Assembly: GCA_050124795.1 (NCBI GenBank)
Contig: JASFEO010000001.1
Location: 1-64,000 of the forward strand
Origin: Candidatus Pacearchaeota archaeon
GTDB lineage: Archaea > Nanobdellota > Nanobdellia > Pacearchaeales > GW2011-AR1
DNA length: 64,000 bases
Direction: 5' to 3'
Below the pieces are notes generated by a model. The model had not been told where the DNA came from. It saw nothing but the letters and a program-made list of their open reading frames with translations, and searched no databases. A program made the translations under genes and the position numbers. Positions 49,017 to 58,991 of this stretch are shown here, piece by piece. The stretch's first letter is position 1, and every line of letters starts with the position of its first letter.

Positions 49017-49844
49017 TTAATTGTCAAAATCTATTTGTTGATTCCCAATGATCCTGGAATAGATGCTTATCCCCGCGTGTATTGAGCCAAAAAAATATGG
49101 AGATAAAATCCCTGTTCTTTTTTCTTCCGAGGGTTTTCTTTCAATACTCAATCCTTTCTTAAGTGATTTCCTGACTGTATCTGAATTTGTTAAATCTAGT
49201 AGGGGGATCATCATCCAATTTCTTCCCAATTCAAACAATGAATGATTATCATCAGAAATTATTGAGCCAAGGTTTGGATAAATTTTCTTCCACTCCTTAT
49301 AAAATTCTTCTGCTTTTTTATTTGGAAAAAAAGGAAAACTTGGTGCCCAGAATCCAGCTAGATTATTATAAACTTCTACAAAATCCAATTGCCTGATTAA
49401 TTCAGGATATTTTTCAAAATAATGCCCAGACCCATAAGGTGAAAAAGGATGGTCAATTCCAACAATTCCTTCTGCATCCTTTGCTTCTTTTATTGAGTCT
49501 TCAATAGTTCTCTCGTTTTTTATCCTTGTATTTTTGTCATGAGCCAAAACTAAAAGATGGCTTTCAATTCCTTCCTTTGTTCTCGCTAAAACTTCCTGAC
49601 CATTTATGCAAACTAAATTATCTTTCTCTGGGACATAAAAGCAATTCCCCAGATCAATTCTTTCATATCCTTCAGGAGATTCTGCAACTTGTTTATACCA
49701 ACCATTTCCAAAATGTATCTGTCCGAATATTCCTCCTGGACCGAGCCTTTTGTAGGCAGTATCTATGATTTTGTTAAATGGTTTTTTAACATTAAAACTA
49801 GTGAGATGCCCGTGCAATGTTGCTTTTACTTTTTGTTTTTCCAT
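49017..49844 (-). CDS. PHP-family metal-dependent phosphoesterase-like protein
   Basis: LHGH, GQEV, HLLV, DHPF, EVYN, SDDNH. Confidence 0.75.
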   Translation of the reverse strand: MEKQKVKATLHGHLTSFNVKKPFNKIIDTAYKRLGPGGIFGQIHFGNGWYKQVAESPEGYERIDLGNCFYVPEKDNLVCINGQEVLARTKEGIESHLLVLAHDKNTRIKNERTIEDSIKEAKDAEGIVGIDHPFSPYGSGHYFEKYPELIRQLDFVEVYNNLAGFWAPSFPFFPNKKAEEFYKEWKKIYPNLGSIISDDNHSLFELGRNWMMIPLLDLTNSDTVRKSLKKGLSIERKPSEEKRTGILSPYFFGSIHAGISIYSRIIGNQQIDFDN

Positions 49845-49887
49845 TTTCTTAATTTTATCAGAACTCTTTTTCCTTTCAGGTTTTTTA

Positions 49888-50149
49888 TACAGACTCGGGA
49901 AGGTTGCTCAAAGCTCACATGCAGGCTACCTTTATTTTTTCTCAGCTCTGCGACCTGTTAAGCATCTGTGCAAATGTTTAGGGCTGCTACATTCCTGTCC
50001 TGACCCGGTTCGCAATTGCAAGATCAAAACAGACAAAGCGTCAACGTCAAAATAAAGACCTTCAAACTCACTTGTCACGTCCTTCCTTGCAGTTTGCCAT
50101 AAAGCCCGTTTGCAAATAGCGGAGGGCTAACCCGCCAACCTAGTCTGTA
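49888..50149 (-). ncRNA. ffs: Signal recognition particle (7S) RNA
   Basis: Helix-8 motif GGGTCAGGACAGGAATGTAGCAGCCC; terminal helix TACAGACT/AGTCTGTA; 5' Alu-like hairpins. Confidence 0.88.
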
Positions 50150-50201
50150 AAAATATTAAAAATAATTAGTTTTTAAAACTATGTTTTTGAGAATTTTCAA
50201 A

Positions 50202-52634
50202 TCACTTTTTCTTTTTAATAACAGCGATTAACAAAAGAATTAATAAAATCAAAAGAAGCAAGAACATTAAAAGTAATCCATAACCTTGTTTTAGGAATTT
50301 TACAAATGCGCTATCTTCAATTTCCTTTTCTTCTTCCTCCTCAATAAAATATCCTATTCCTGAAAAACCAGGAGTGACTGGTTCGAATATTTCCCTGTGT
50401 CCAATAATATTATTGCTTCCTCCACCTCCTCCGCCACCACCGCCGGAGTTTTTCTTTACGGTTATACTGATATTTGCCTCTGCATAATCATTATCCAAAT
50501 CATAAAGTCTTAATGTCAATTCTTCTGTGCCTTTTTCAATTCCTTTAATTGTAAGAACTTTCCTGTCGATTGCCGCATCAAAATAATCACTTTCTTCAAT
50601 AACTTCCCAGGTTAAATCATCTCCTGAATCTTCCAAATCATTTTCATAATCTTCCAAATCAATTGTTATCTCTTTATCAATATAAACAGATTCTTCATCA
50701 TCCATGCCTTCTATCCAGGGCAAATTATTTCTTATGATTAAATTAACTTCGCTCTGACCTCCTGAACCATCTGTGAAATTAAATGCAAATGCAAATATGT
50801 TGCTGTCACCAAAAAAGTCATGCGTCAATGGAATTAAATTTAACTTGTAAAAATATTCTCCGTTTGAATTTTCAATTTCCCCTAAATCTGCTCTTCCCCC
50901 AGGAAGACTCACCAAAGTTGCTTTTGTTACCATGTCCTCAGCCGGCCCATTGTCTCCAATAACTTTAAATGAAACATAAAAACCTTCTCCTCTGTAAAAA
51001 TCATAATCTTCATTTAGAAATTCAGAATCATTAAAAACTTTCAAATCTTTAATTTCATATTTTTCTTCCAAAACTGAATAAGAAAACTTTGGATTTTTAT
51101 CTAAGTCTGGGTTGGATCCATTCTTTGTTGCAATTGCATAGACAGTAAAATTCCCAACTGTTTCCTGAAGGTCCTTTACAGAGCAGCCTCCTGAAATTGA
51201 ATCTGTTGTGCACTTTCCAAATAAACTTCCGTCGTTATAATAAACTTTGACCTCTGAATCACTTGCCGGGTTTCCAAAAGAATTCTCAACATAAATACTG
51301 CAGCTTTGGTTATTGTTTTCAATCACATTTTCAAAACATGTTAAATCTGTAATCTCCAAGGTGTCTTTTTCTGTTCCAATGTTGACTGTCGCTGAATCAC
51401 TATCCCCGTCAGAATCTTCTACTGTGCATGCCGCTGTGTAACTTCCAAAATTTGTATAAGTATGACTTGGGTTTTGCAAATCTGAACTTTCACCGTCGCC
51501 AAAACTCCATGAATAAGATAAAGTTCCATCTCCTCCTGAAGCTTGGCAAGTAAAATCAACATCAAGTGGAACAACTCCTGAATCTGGTGTTGCAGAGATA
51601 GTTGTAATTGTCGGCTTCTTGTCTTCAATAACGTTTATTGAAACTGTTGCTGAATCCTCATCATTATCAGAATCTCTTACAGTGCATGCCGCTGTGTAAC
51701 TTCCAAAATTTGTATAAGTATGACTTGGGTTTTGCAAATCTGAACTTTCACCGTCGCCAAAACTCCAATGATAAGAAAGTTGTCCATTTCCGCTACTTGC
51801 AGAACAAGAAAAACTAACTGTCAAAGGCTCCACTCCTGAACTTGGATTTGCAGAAACTGAATTTATTTCTGGATTTGTGTCCGGCTCATTAATATGAATA
51901 TCCCCTGTTTTTAAATCAAAATTATAACTTAAACATTTTTCTTCATTATCAAGACTTGTGTAAACTCTGATAGTATAATCCCCCGGACTTAAAGTCCTTG
52001 AAAAACTAACTTGAGAATTTTCTGAAAAATCAATTGTCTTTTGTTTTATCTCTGTATAAATAATATCTTCATTTGAATTTTTGATTTCTAAATTAATATC
52101 AACTTTTGTTGAATAATGATTTGTTAATTCCGCAGGTATTACTTTTAACGGACCTGCATTATCTATCGGCGAATCAACAACTGCATTAACATTAACTGTC
52201 TGCCCTGAAACTGAAACATCAAAATTATTAATTGTTGAAATGCATGATTGTTTTCTTGTTAAATAATCTGTATTTGTCAAAGTGCCAGTACCATCATATG
52301 TAACTTTTCTTTCATAAGGAATGTAACCATTTTTATAAATATAAACTGCATAACCTTCTCCCTGTAAAGTTTCTGGGTATGTAAAGATGAGTGAACTTGA
52401 ACTTGTGCTTTTTCCCCATAATGTCTTTGAAAAACTAGTGCATGCAGAATCAGCGCATACAAATGCAATTGCATTAACTCCATTAACAGGGGTGTTTGTT
52501 TTGATAAGATTTTCATTTGAATCATAATAAGCATATTTGAAATTATTTTCCTCCGTTACTGTTGCATTAATTAATTGAAAAGAATTCACTAAAAGAATAA
52601 TTCCAAAGATAAAAAAGAAATTAATCTTTTTCAT
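50202..52634 (-). CDS. Surface protein with two PKD domains and a C-terminal TM anchor
   Basis: Signal peptide; WSFGDG...NPSHTY twice; Gly linker; TM + KKKK. Confidence 0.85.
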   Translation of the reverse strand: MKKINFFFIFGIILLVNSFQLINATVTEENNFKYAYYDSNENLIKTNTPVNGVNAIAFVCADSACTSFSKTLWGKSTSSSSLIFTYPETLQGEGYAVYIYKNGYIPYERKVTYDGTGTLTNTDYLTRKQSCISTINNFDVSVSGQTVNVNAVVDSPIDNAGPLKVIPAELTNHYSTKVDINLEIKNSNEDIIYTEIKQKTIDFSENSQVSFSRTLSPGDYTIRVYTSLDNEEKCLSYNFDLKTGDIHINEPDTNPEINSVSANPSSGVEPLTVSFSCSASSGNGQLSYHWSFGDGESSDLQNPSHTYTNFGSYTAACTVRDSDNDEDSATVSINVIEDKKPTITTISATPDSGVVPLDVDFTCQASGGDGTLSYSWSFGDGESSDLQNPSHTYTNFGSYTAACTVEDSDGDSDSATVNIGTEKDTLEITDLTCFENVIENNNQSCSIYVENSFGNPASDSEVKVYYNDGSLFGKCTTDSISGGCSVKDLQETVGNFTVYAIATKNGSNPDLDKNPKFSYSVLEEKYEIKDLKVFNDSEFLNEDYDFYRGEGFYVSFKVIGDNGPAEDMVTKATLVSLPGGRADLGEIENSNGEYFYKLNLIPLTHDFFGDSNIFAFAFNFTDGSGGQSEVNLIIRNNLPWIEGMDDEESVYIDKEITIDLEDYENDLEDSGDDLTWEVIEESDYFDAAIDRKVLTIKGIEKGTEELTLRLYDLDNDYAEANISITVKKNSGGGGGGGGGSNNIIGHREIFEPVTPGFSGIGYFIEEEEEKEIEDSAFVKFLKQGYGLLLMFLLLLILLILLLIAVIKKKK
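51424..51767. repeat. 86-bp identical direct repeat (51424-51509 and 51682-51767) in the PKD domains
   Basis: Direct comparison of the two copies. Confidence 0.9.
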
Positions 52635-52636
52635 TA

Positions 52637-52936
52637 TTATTGTCCTCCAACCCCGTCTGATGAACCCCCGCCAACTCCTCCGCCATTATCATTTCCGCCG
52701 TCATTGTTGCCATTATCATCCCCTTCTCCGTCATTGTCATTTCCATGATAAAGTTGATACTTTTCTATATTTCTTTCCCCGTGTCCGGGACTTCTATCCG
52801 GAAGATAATATCTTCGCGGGCATCCGCATCCTGTGATTATTGCTGCGCCGACTATTCCTGCTAAACCTGTGCATGCAATTTTTTTTATTGTAGAATAATT
52901 TCCCTTCACTGAGTTGTAAATATCTTTTATTGCCAT
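52637..52936 (-). CDS. Small secreted/lipoprotein-like protein with a G/D/N-rich tail
   Basis: Hydrophobic segment ending AIITGC. Confidence 0.55.
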   Translation of the reverse strand: MAIKDIYNSVKGNYSTIKKIACTGLAGIVGAAIITGCGCPRRYYLPDRSPGHGERNIEKYQLYHGNDNDGEGDDNGNNDGGNDNGGGVGGGSSDGVGGQ

Positions 52937-52986
52937 TTTGTTGTAATTTTACAATTAAAACGCTTTATAAATATTTCTATTTCTTT

Positions 52987-53907
52987 TTATATAAGATTTA
53001 TTAATATAATTAGCAAAACAATAAATGTAATCACCCCGATCGCAATAAATGGAAAAATACTTTTTTGATTTTTTTCAGAAACAAGTAATTTTGATTTTGA
53101 GATAATTGTACAACCTGTTGACTCCGCAGGTTTGTTATATTCGCGGTCACAATTATTTTTATCAACACATGTTCTTGTTCTTATTCCATTGTTGCATCCG
53201 GACCAATCTGGGCATTCCCAGTTGTTTACACAAAAATCCCCAACTAATTTATATCCTGATAAAGAACTTTTTTTCTCATTATCTTCTTCTTTGCATTCTC
53301 CATTTTTACAATAATCTTCACATTCCTCCACAATTTCTGTTGCACTTTCATTTCTACAAAATCCTGAATTGCAAACAGGAGTTATTAAATCTCTTGCAAT
53401 ATTTTCGGCAGAACAATATTTTTCTTCATAATAAGACCCCCCGCAATCAGAATTTATTTTGCATTCTGGTTCAAAACAGACTCCGCAATCTATTTCACAT
53501 CTTGAACAGTCTTCATCATTATTGCAAATTCCATCCCCGCAAAAATCAATAGGTTCAGGAATTTCAATTGTGCAATTTTCTGAGCATCCGTCGTTATTTA
53601 TTAAATTTCCGTCGTCGCATTCTTCACAAACCTGCTTTATTCCGTCGCTGCAATAATTTGTTATTGTTTTTAATTTGCAGGTATCTGCGCAATATTCACA
53701 ACTGCTTCCATAATTCGCCCAGCATAAAAAGCCATTTAACAAGCCATAATCGCATTCCTCAAAATTCTGGTTGACTTCTCCATCTCCGCAAAAATTATCT
53801 TCAACAGGATGTGCTAATACAAAACTCATCAAAGATATTAAAATAAAAATTCCAAAAACAAAAATCAATAACCTTCTTTTAACCATATAAAAACCTAATT
53901 CATTCAC
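52987..53907 (-). CDS. Cys-rich membrane-anchored surface protein (DUF4215/Myxococcus Cys-rich-like repeats)
   Basis: CGDG...EECDDGN...DGCS; C-terminal TM. Confidence 0.8.
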   Translation of the reverse strand: MNELGFYMVKRRLLIFVFGIFILISLMSFVLAHPVEDNFCGDGEVNQNFEECDYGLLNGFLCWANYGSSCEYCADTCKLKTITNYCSDGIKQVCEECDDGNLINNDGCSENCTIEIPEPIDFCGDGICNNDEDCSRCEIDCGVCFEPECKINSDCGGSYYEEKYCSAENIARDLITPVCNSGFCRNESATEIVEECEDYCKNGECKEEDNEKKSSLSGYKLVGDFCVNNWECPDWSGCNNGIRTRTCVDKNNCDREYNKPAESTGCTIISKSKLLVSEKNQKSIFPFIAIGVITFIVLLIILINLI

Positions 53908-53946
53908 TTTAAAAATATAATTGTATCAGAAAATATATTTTAAGAA

Positions 53947-54948
53947 TTACCTCTCCTCTTTCTTTAACTCACTCATTTTCACAACCTTAATTGGTTTTGA
54001 CTTTTTCTTGCCCGAAGTTTTCTTCTTAACAGACTTTGTATTTTTCTTTTCTCCTTTTTTAGACCTTGCATAAACAACTATCCCGATAATTAAAAGAACC
54101 AAAAGTAAAACCACTTTACCTGTTTTTGATTTAGCTAAATCTGAAATCACATTTCCTGTTGAAGAACTTTTTTCATTATTTGTTTCTTCTGATTCTAACT
54201 TACTTAAATCAGTCTCTTGTGTTTGTGTTGTGTTTGCTCCATCCTCTGTTGATAATGCTTGTGTTGGCAATCCTCCACCTGAAGAACTACCTCCTCCGCC
54301 ACCGCCAGATGAGCCTCCTCCGCTTGAACTTCCTCCTCCTGATGAAGAAGATGAACTGCTTGAAGAAGGTGCAGTGCAGTTTGAAATGTCATAAGTGCAA
54401 GTTGGAGAACATCCTAACTCTCCTGAATAGCCGGACAATCCATAATAATAAAGCATAACACTCTCACAAGTTGCATGTAAAGAAAAATTTCCTCCATCAC
54501 ACTGTTCACCTGCATTTGAATTCAAATCTCCATTTCCGCAAGGATCATTTGAAGGAATTTCTTCATCAAAATATAAATCTAAAGTAACTTTTTGACCTCT
54601 TTCATCTTCATAATTATTCCATGAACTTTTATTCAAAGATTCAACTCCATTTATTATAAAAGTAATTTCTCCATAATAATTTGGGTCCCCTGTCGATACT
54701 TGAAGTCCTGAATAATTAGAATTAAAAATATCAAGAACAGCAACAGGTTCATTATTAATTATTGCTCTCAAAGAATATGTTCCATTTTCTAAAAGAGTTC
54801 CATTAACATAGATTTCTCCTGAAAAAATCTTTGGCGGGCCTCCTGGTTGAACTAATATATCTGCTAGGATAAAACTAGTTAAAAAGATTAATGCAACCCA
54901 CAATAATAAAATATTTTTTCTCATGCTTTTCTCAAAGATTTTTTCCAT
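53947..54948 (-). CDS. Membrane-anchored surface protein with Cys-rich and Ser/Gly linker regions
   Basis: Signal peptide; CGNG...GEQCDG; S/G tract; TM; basic tail. Confidence 0.75.
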   Translation of the reverse strand: MEKIFEKSMRKNILLLWVALIFLTSFILADILVQPGGPPKIFSGEIYVNGTLLENGTYSLRAIINNEPVAVLDIFNSNYSGLQVSTGDPNYYGEITFIINGVESLNKSSWNNYEDERGQKVTLDLYFDEEIPSNDPCGNGDLNSNAGEQCDGGNFSLHATCESVMLYYYGLSGYSGELGCSPTCTYDISNCTAPSSSSSSSSSGGGSSSGGGSSGGGGGGSSSGGGLPTQALSTEDGANTTQTQETDLSKLESEETNNEKSSSTGNVISDLAKSKTGKVVLLLVLLIIGIVVYARSKKGEKKNTKSVKKKTSGKKKSKPIKVVKMSELKKEER

Positions 54949-55051
54949 TTAAAAAGATTGTTGTCCTTAATAAATTATTTTGTAGTTGTATTTAGTATTC
55001 ACTAACTTGTTAAAAAATAAAAGAAAAAGAAAATAAAATTGTTTTAGTTAA

Positions 55052-57571
55052 TCAAGGTCCCCAAAGACAAGCTTTATTGGCATATGCATAACTGTCATCT
55101 CCCTGTGCAAAGAACCAATATCCTTCTCCTGGATTCATAATGTAAGCATCATAAAATGCAGAATCATATCCTACTAATGTGCTCCATTTATTGAAGATTG
55201 ATGCTAATGCACAAATTCTTGGTTTTGATGCAAGACCATAATGTCCAATTAAATTCCATCCCGAACTTATAGGAACACTATTGCCAGGATTGTTACCTGC
55301 TTCAAACAAACTTCCTCCAACAATCAAATCAGTGGAATCACTTGTTTTAACCCAGTAACCTCTGCCCGGAACAATATTCACTAAATTTGAATCTTCGTCA
55401 CCAGGAATGTAATAAAACCATTCTCCACCTTCATATGACCAAACTTCTTCAATATTTTCATCATCGCCAAAAACTTCTTCAACATTTGAACTTAATAAAT
55501 TAACTGGAACTGAAATTAAATTCCATTTTTTATCAAGAGATATAGGGAAGTTTTCACCAATTACCTTGAAAACTTTTAATCCACTTGAAGATTTGTTCAC
55601 ATTATCATAGCAAGTATATTCTACTCTATGTCTGCATGATCCTTCAAACCAGAAAGTTACTTCATCATTTGAAACACATTCTTCTGTTGGTTCTTCAGTA
55701 TCTTTATCCCAATAGATAGTGTAACAGATTTCACGAACTTCTGAGGGATGGTTTCCTTGGTCTTCACAACTTAATGTAATTGGAGTGCCCATTGTAACAA
55801 TCCAATCCCAATCATCTTCACATTGGGGCCTAAGAGCTTCCCATATTCCATTACAATCATGCGAATATTCACCTACTTCCAAATCTAATTTTGGAGCAGT
55901 ATGATCAGAAAACACAAACTCTACATTGATATGTTCTTCATTTCCAAGTAAATCAGTAGAGTAATACTCAATCACATGGCATGATTCTTCAATTCCGAAA
56001 GGAGCAGTGTATTCCTGCCAACTTTGGTCATCTTTTGGAGTTTCCTGCCATTGAGAACTACTATTTCTATAACACCAACTATTATCCTTAAGCCTTTCAA
56101 CTCTGTAGTAAGTCTTGTCAACTCCTACTGGGTGAGGCTCTGGGTCAGCTGATGTTAAGACAACTCTTGAAACAGTATCAATCCATTGAACTTCGTCTTC
56201 ATGATAATAATAAGGTCCTTCAAAACCAATTCTTGTATTAGGAGCCTGTGTATCGACAATAAACTGTTCAACTAAATCTCTGTCCTTGTTTCCTAAAAGA
56301 TCTGTAGCCTCGCAAATTAATTGATGGTAAGAATCTTCATGGAAATAAAAACATCCATTATTAAGTGCGATTCTAAGAATATCATCCGGGTCTCCGGAAT
56401 TATCTTCTGCCCACCAGTTTGACCAGCAAGTGATTGTATCTAATCCTACTGGATGAGGCTCTGGATCATAAGCATCAACACAAATCTTTGTATTTTGATT
56501 TATGTAACACTCATTATCAATGCAAACCATTGGTTCTCCAACAACTGTATCTTCAAAAATTGGTCCAACTGAATCCACAATGAAATTTTTTGTCTCAGTG
56601 TCAACTTTTCCAACTTTATCAAAACATCTGTATTCTAATTCATGTCTTGAATCCTCAAGAAAATAAAAACTCATAGCTTCTTCCCATTCAGTCCATTCTC
56701 CCCAGAGTTCTGTGTCTTCATTATAGACTCTATATCTATATTCTCTATAATCCACCCCAGATTGCCAATCAGCACCTGAATCAGAACAGCTTAGTTTTAT
56801 TTCAGTTGCATGATTTACATAACAAGCATCAGAAGTTCCTTCTTCATCGTCCTCACAATCTCCTTGTTGAGGTGTTTGAACATTCAACGAAACTTCGGGC
56901 GGAGTCAAATCCAGATACCAAATTCCTGAATCCCCGCTAACATGTGTCCCAGTTCCCTGATCCATTCTTACTCTAATGCAATATTCTCCGCTTGGAACAT
57001 CGTCAAGAGCAGGGTCCCACCAATAAGACATTGGAATTGGTTCTGAATCAACAGTCTCTATTGTATGCCATATTGAAGTGTCACAACTTTCTCCATATTG
57101 GATAGTATAAGTTGAAGGATTACAATCTCCTGAATATGTCCAGTTTATCCAAAGAGGATCATAATATTCTCCAGATTCTGGGGATAAAACAGTCACTTTA
57201 CACTCAGGAAGTTGACAATTACTTGTATCAATTAAACAATTATTCAGTGGATTTGAATCGCTCATTGTACAACTTAATGTTCCAACATAACCTTCTCCCA
57301 TCTCGCTTTCACAAGTCGCGTCTCCAAAGTCAAACCAGTCACATTCTTCACTTTGTTGATTTATTATCCTATCTCCGCAATATCCTTCTCCCTGACAATC
57401 CTGAATCGGTGTTCCCGCACATATGCCTTGTGCATCACAAGTATCACCTATAGTGCAATCATCTCCGTCGTCGCAAGACTCACCAGGTGTACAAACCATA
57501 GCACTAACAACACCAAAACTTGTCATCACTAAAACACCAATCATCAAACTAATTAATAATAATTTTTTCAT
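55052..57571 (-). CDS. Large acidic secreted protein with Cys-rich, Ig-like and WNLI...PGxGYW repeats
   Basis: Signal peptide; repeated DPEPHPVG and H..EY...D..GN; strong SD. Confidence 0.8.
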   Translation of the reverse strand: MKKLLLISLMIGVLVMTSFGVVSAMVCTPGESCDDGDDCTIGDTCDAQGICAGTPIQDCQGEGYCGDRIINQQSEECDWFDFGDATCESEMGEGYVGTLSCTMSDSNPLNNCLIDTSNCQLPECKVTVLSPESGEYYDPLWINWTYSGDCNPSTYTIQYGESCDTSIWHTIETVDSEPIPMSYWWDPALDDVPSGEYCIRVRMDQGTGTHVSGDSGIWYLDLTPPEVSLNVQTPQQGDCEDDEEGTSDACYVNHATEIKLSCSDSGADWQSGVDYREYRYRVYNEDTELWGEWTEWEEAMSFYFLEDSRHELEYRCFDKVGKVDTETKNFIVDSVGPIFEDTVVGEPMVCIDNECYINQNTKICVDAYDPEPHPVGLDTITCWSNWWAEDNSGDPDDILRIALNNGCFYFHEDSYHQLICEATDLLGNKDRDLVEQFIVDTQAPNTRIGFEGPYYYHEDEVQWIDTVSRVVLTSADPEPHPVGVDKTYYRVERLKDNSWCYRNSSSQWQETPKDDQSWQEYTAPFGIEESCHVIEYYSTDLLGNEEHINVEFVFSDHTAPKLDLEVGEYSHDCNGIWEALRPQCEDDWDWIVTMGTPITLSCEDQGNHPSEVREICYTIYWDKDTEEPTEECVSNDEVTFWFEGSCRHRVEYTCYDNVNKSSSGLKVFKVIGENFPISLDKKWNLISVPVNLLSSNVEEVFGDDENIEEVWSYEGGEWFYYIPGDEDSNLVNIVPGRGYWVKTSDSTDLIVGGSLFEAGNNPGNSVPISSGWNLIGHYGLASKPRICALASIFNKWSTLVGYDSAFYDAYIMNPGEGYWFFAQGDDSYAYANKACLWGP

Positions 57572-57814
57572 ATTTTATAACCTCCTTTCAATACTTTCTT
57601 CCCAATTTAATTGGTCTCAGTTGCAAAATTAAATTCTGCCAAAAACCGTTATACACGTTATACGTATAACTATGATGTAAGTGGTGAATAATCCCTGAAA
57701 TATTTCCCTTTTTTGCCATTTTCAATAGAATTCTTATTCTGATGAAAATTTCTTTTAAAAGTATTTTGTCGACGGAAAATATACTTTTTGTAATTACTCA
57801 AAATTAATGAAAAC

Positions 57815-58615
57815 TTAATAACTCTTCCACAAAACTAATTTATTTTTATCATCCCTTAAAAACATTGTATCCCCTGAATCAGTCCAAACATAATCTTCCC
57901 TACCCCAAAAAATTTCACTTTGAGTATTTCCCCCTTCCCCCACTTTTACTTCCACTTTCTTTCCAGCTTCTAAAATAAAATCCTCAAAACTAAAATGTTT
58001 TCTTCCTTCATCCTTTATACCCCAATTTGTTAAGTCGCAATCAAAACTGCATTTATTATAAAAAACTAAAATTTCACTTTTATAATCAAACTTTTTTAAC
58101 TCAATGCAATCAGCGCAAATATCCTCAGACTTTTCACACAAATTTATTTTTTTATTTAAACAATTTTTCCATGCACTTCTAAAATCTTCATAATAATTAT
58201 CTTTTCCCGACGGAAAATAATAATTTGCAAAACCTGCTTCAACAATTTCTTGGTTTACATTTTCATTTCCTAAATAAACATAAGCTAAGATTCTTTTGTA
58301 TTTGTCATATTTATCTCTTCCAAAAACTAACTCAACTTCTCTCCCTAAAATTTCACCTTCTAAAAATTCTTTTGCCTCATTAGAATACTCCTCTCCTTTT
58401 TCAGGGGTGTTAATTCCTAAAAGTCTAATATGTTCACCAGTTTCAATTTCAATTGTATCTCCGTCAATAACTCTTGTAACAATAACTCTTGTAACATTTA
58501 CAACTCTGTCACCTGACAAAGATCTCTCAACCATGGAATTAAGATAAGGATAATTTATTGTGAAGAGAATTAATATTAATAAAACCAAAAAATAAATCTG
58601 ATTCTTCTTTTCCAT
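57815..58615 (-). CDS. Membrane-anchored thermonuclease (SNase) + lamin-tail-like domain
   Basis: RVIDGDT, IRLLGINTPE, DKYKRILAY; C-terminal VWTDSGDT..LRD. Confidence 0.88.
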   Translation of the reverse strand: MEKKNQIYFLVLLILILFTINYPYLNSMVERSLSGDRVVNVTRVIVTRVIDGDTIEIETGEHIRLLGINTPEKGEEYSNEAKEFLEGEILGREVELVFGRDKYDKYKRILAYVYLGNENVNQEIVEAGFANYYFPSGKDNYYEDFRSAWKNCLNKKINLCEKSEDICADCIELKKFDYKSEILVFYNKCSFDCDLTNWGIKDEGRKHFSFEDFILEAGKKVEVKVGEGGNTQSEIFWGREDYVWTDSGDTMFLRDDKNKLVLWKSY

Positions 58616-58705
58616 AGTTTTATATAAAATCTCTTTTTTTAAAATTAATGAAATTGGGTTTAAATTCTAAAGATTTTTATATGGTTAATTTCTGATATCT
58701 TCAAA

Positions 58706-58808
58706 CGAGGGTGCCTACGTTGCTCCCAGCCACATTTGCGATTCTTTAAATTTACTTTCAGGATTTATTGCTAATGTAACTGCTCGGTCAAACTGTTAGC
58801 CCACTCCG
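58706..58808. repeat. Duplicated tRNA-Leu 5' end interrupted by a 70-nt stem-loop insert (58716-58785)
   Basis: CGAGGGTGCC and GGTCAAAC match tRNA-Leu; the insert on the minus strand reads CGAGC-AGTTACATT...AATGTGGCT-GGGAG. Confidence 0.7.
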
Positions 58809-58844
58809 TAATAATTAAAAAGTCATTTTTTCTAAAAAATATAT

Positions 58845-58928
58845 GCGAGGGTGCCGGAGTGGTCAAACGGGCTGGACTTAAGATCCAGTAGCTTAGTGCT
58901 TGCGCAGGTTCAAATCCTGTCCCTCGCA
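58845..58928 (+). tRNA. tRNA-Leu(UAA)
   Basis: GCGAGGG/CCCTCGC-A; anticodon loop CTTAAGA; long variable arm. Confidence 0.96.
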
Positions 58929-58991
58929 TGAATGGAATTAAAAATTCCATAATTCTAGATAGAGTGTTTGCTAAATTCAAAAAGATTTATT

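Noticed and set aside
49899-49908. GAGCAACCTT shared between the SRP RNA 3' part and the tRNA-Lys insert
   Set aside because: 10-nt match without the rest of the element; plausible by chance
49689-50055. ORFs over the GC-richer intergenic region; also considered RNase P RNA
   Set aside because: The region has the SRP helix-8 motif and lacks the RNase P GAGGAAAGUCC signature
58771-58980. 69-aa ORF on the - strand
   Set aside because: Antisense shadow of tRNA-Leu
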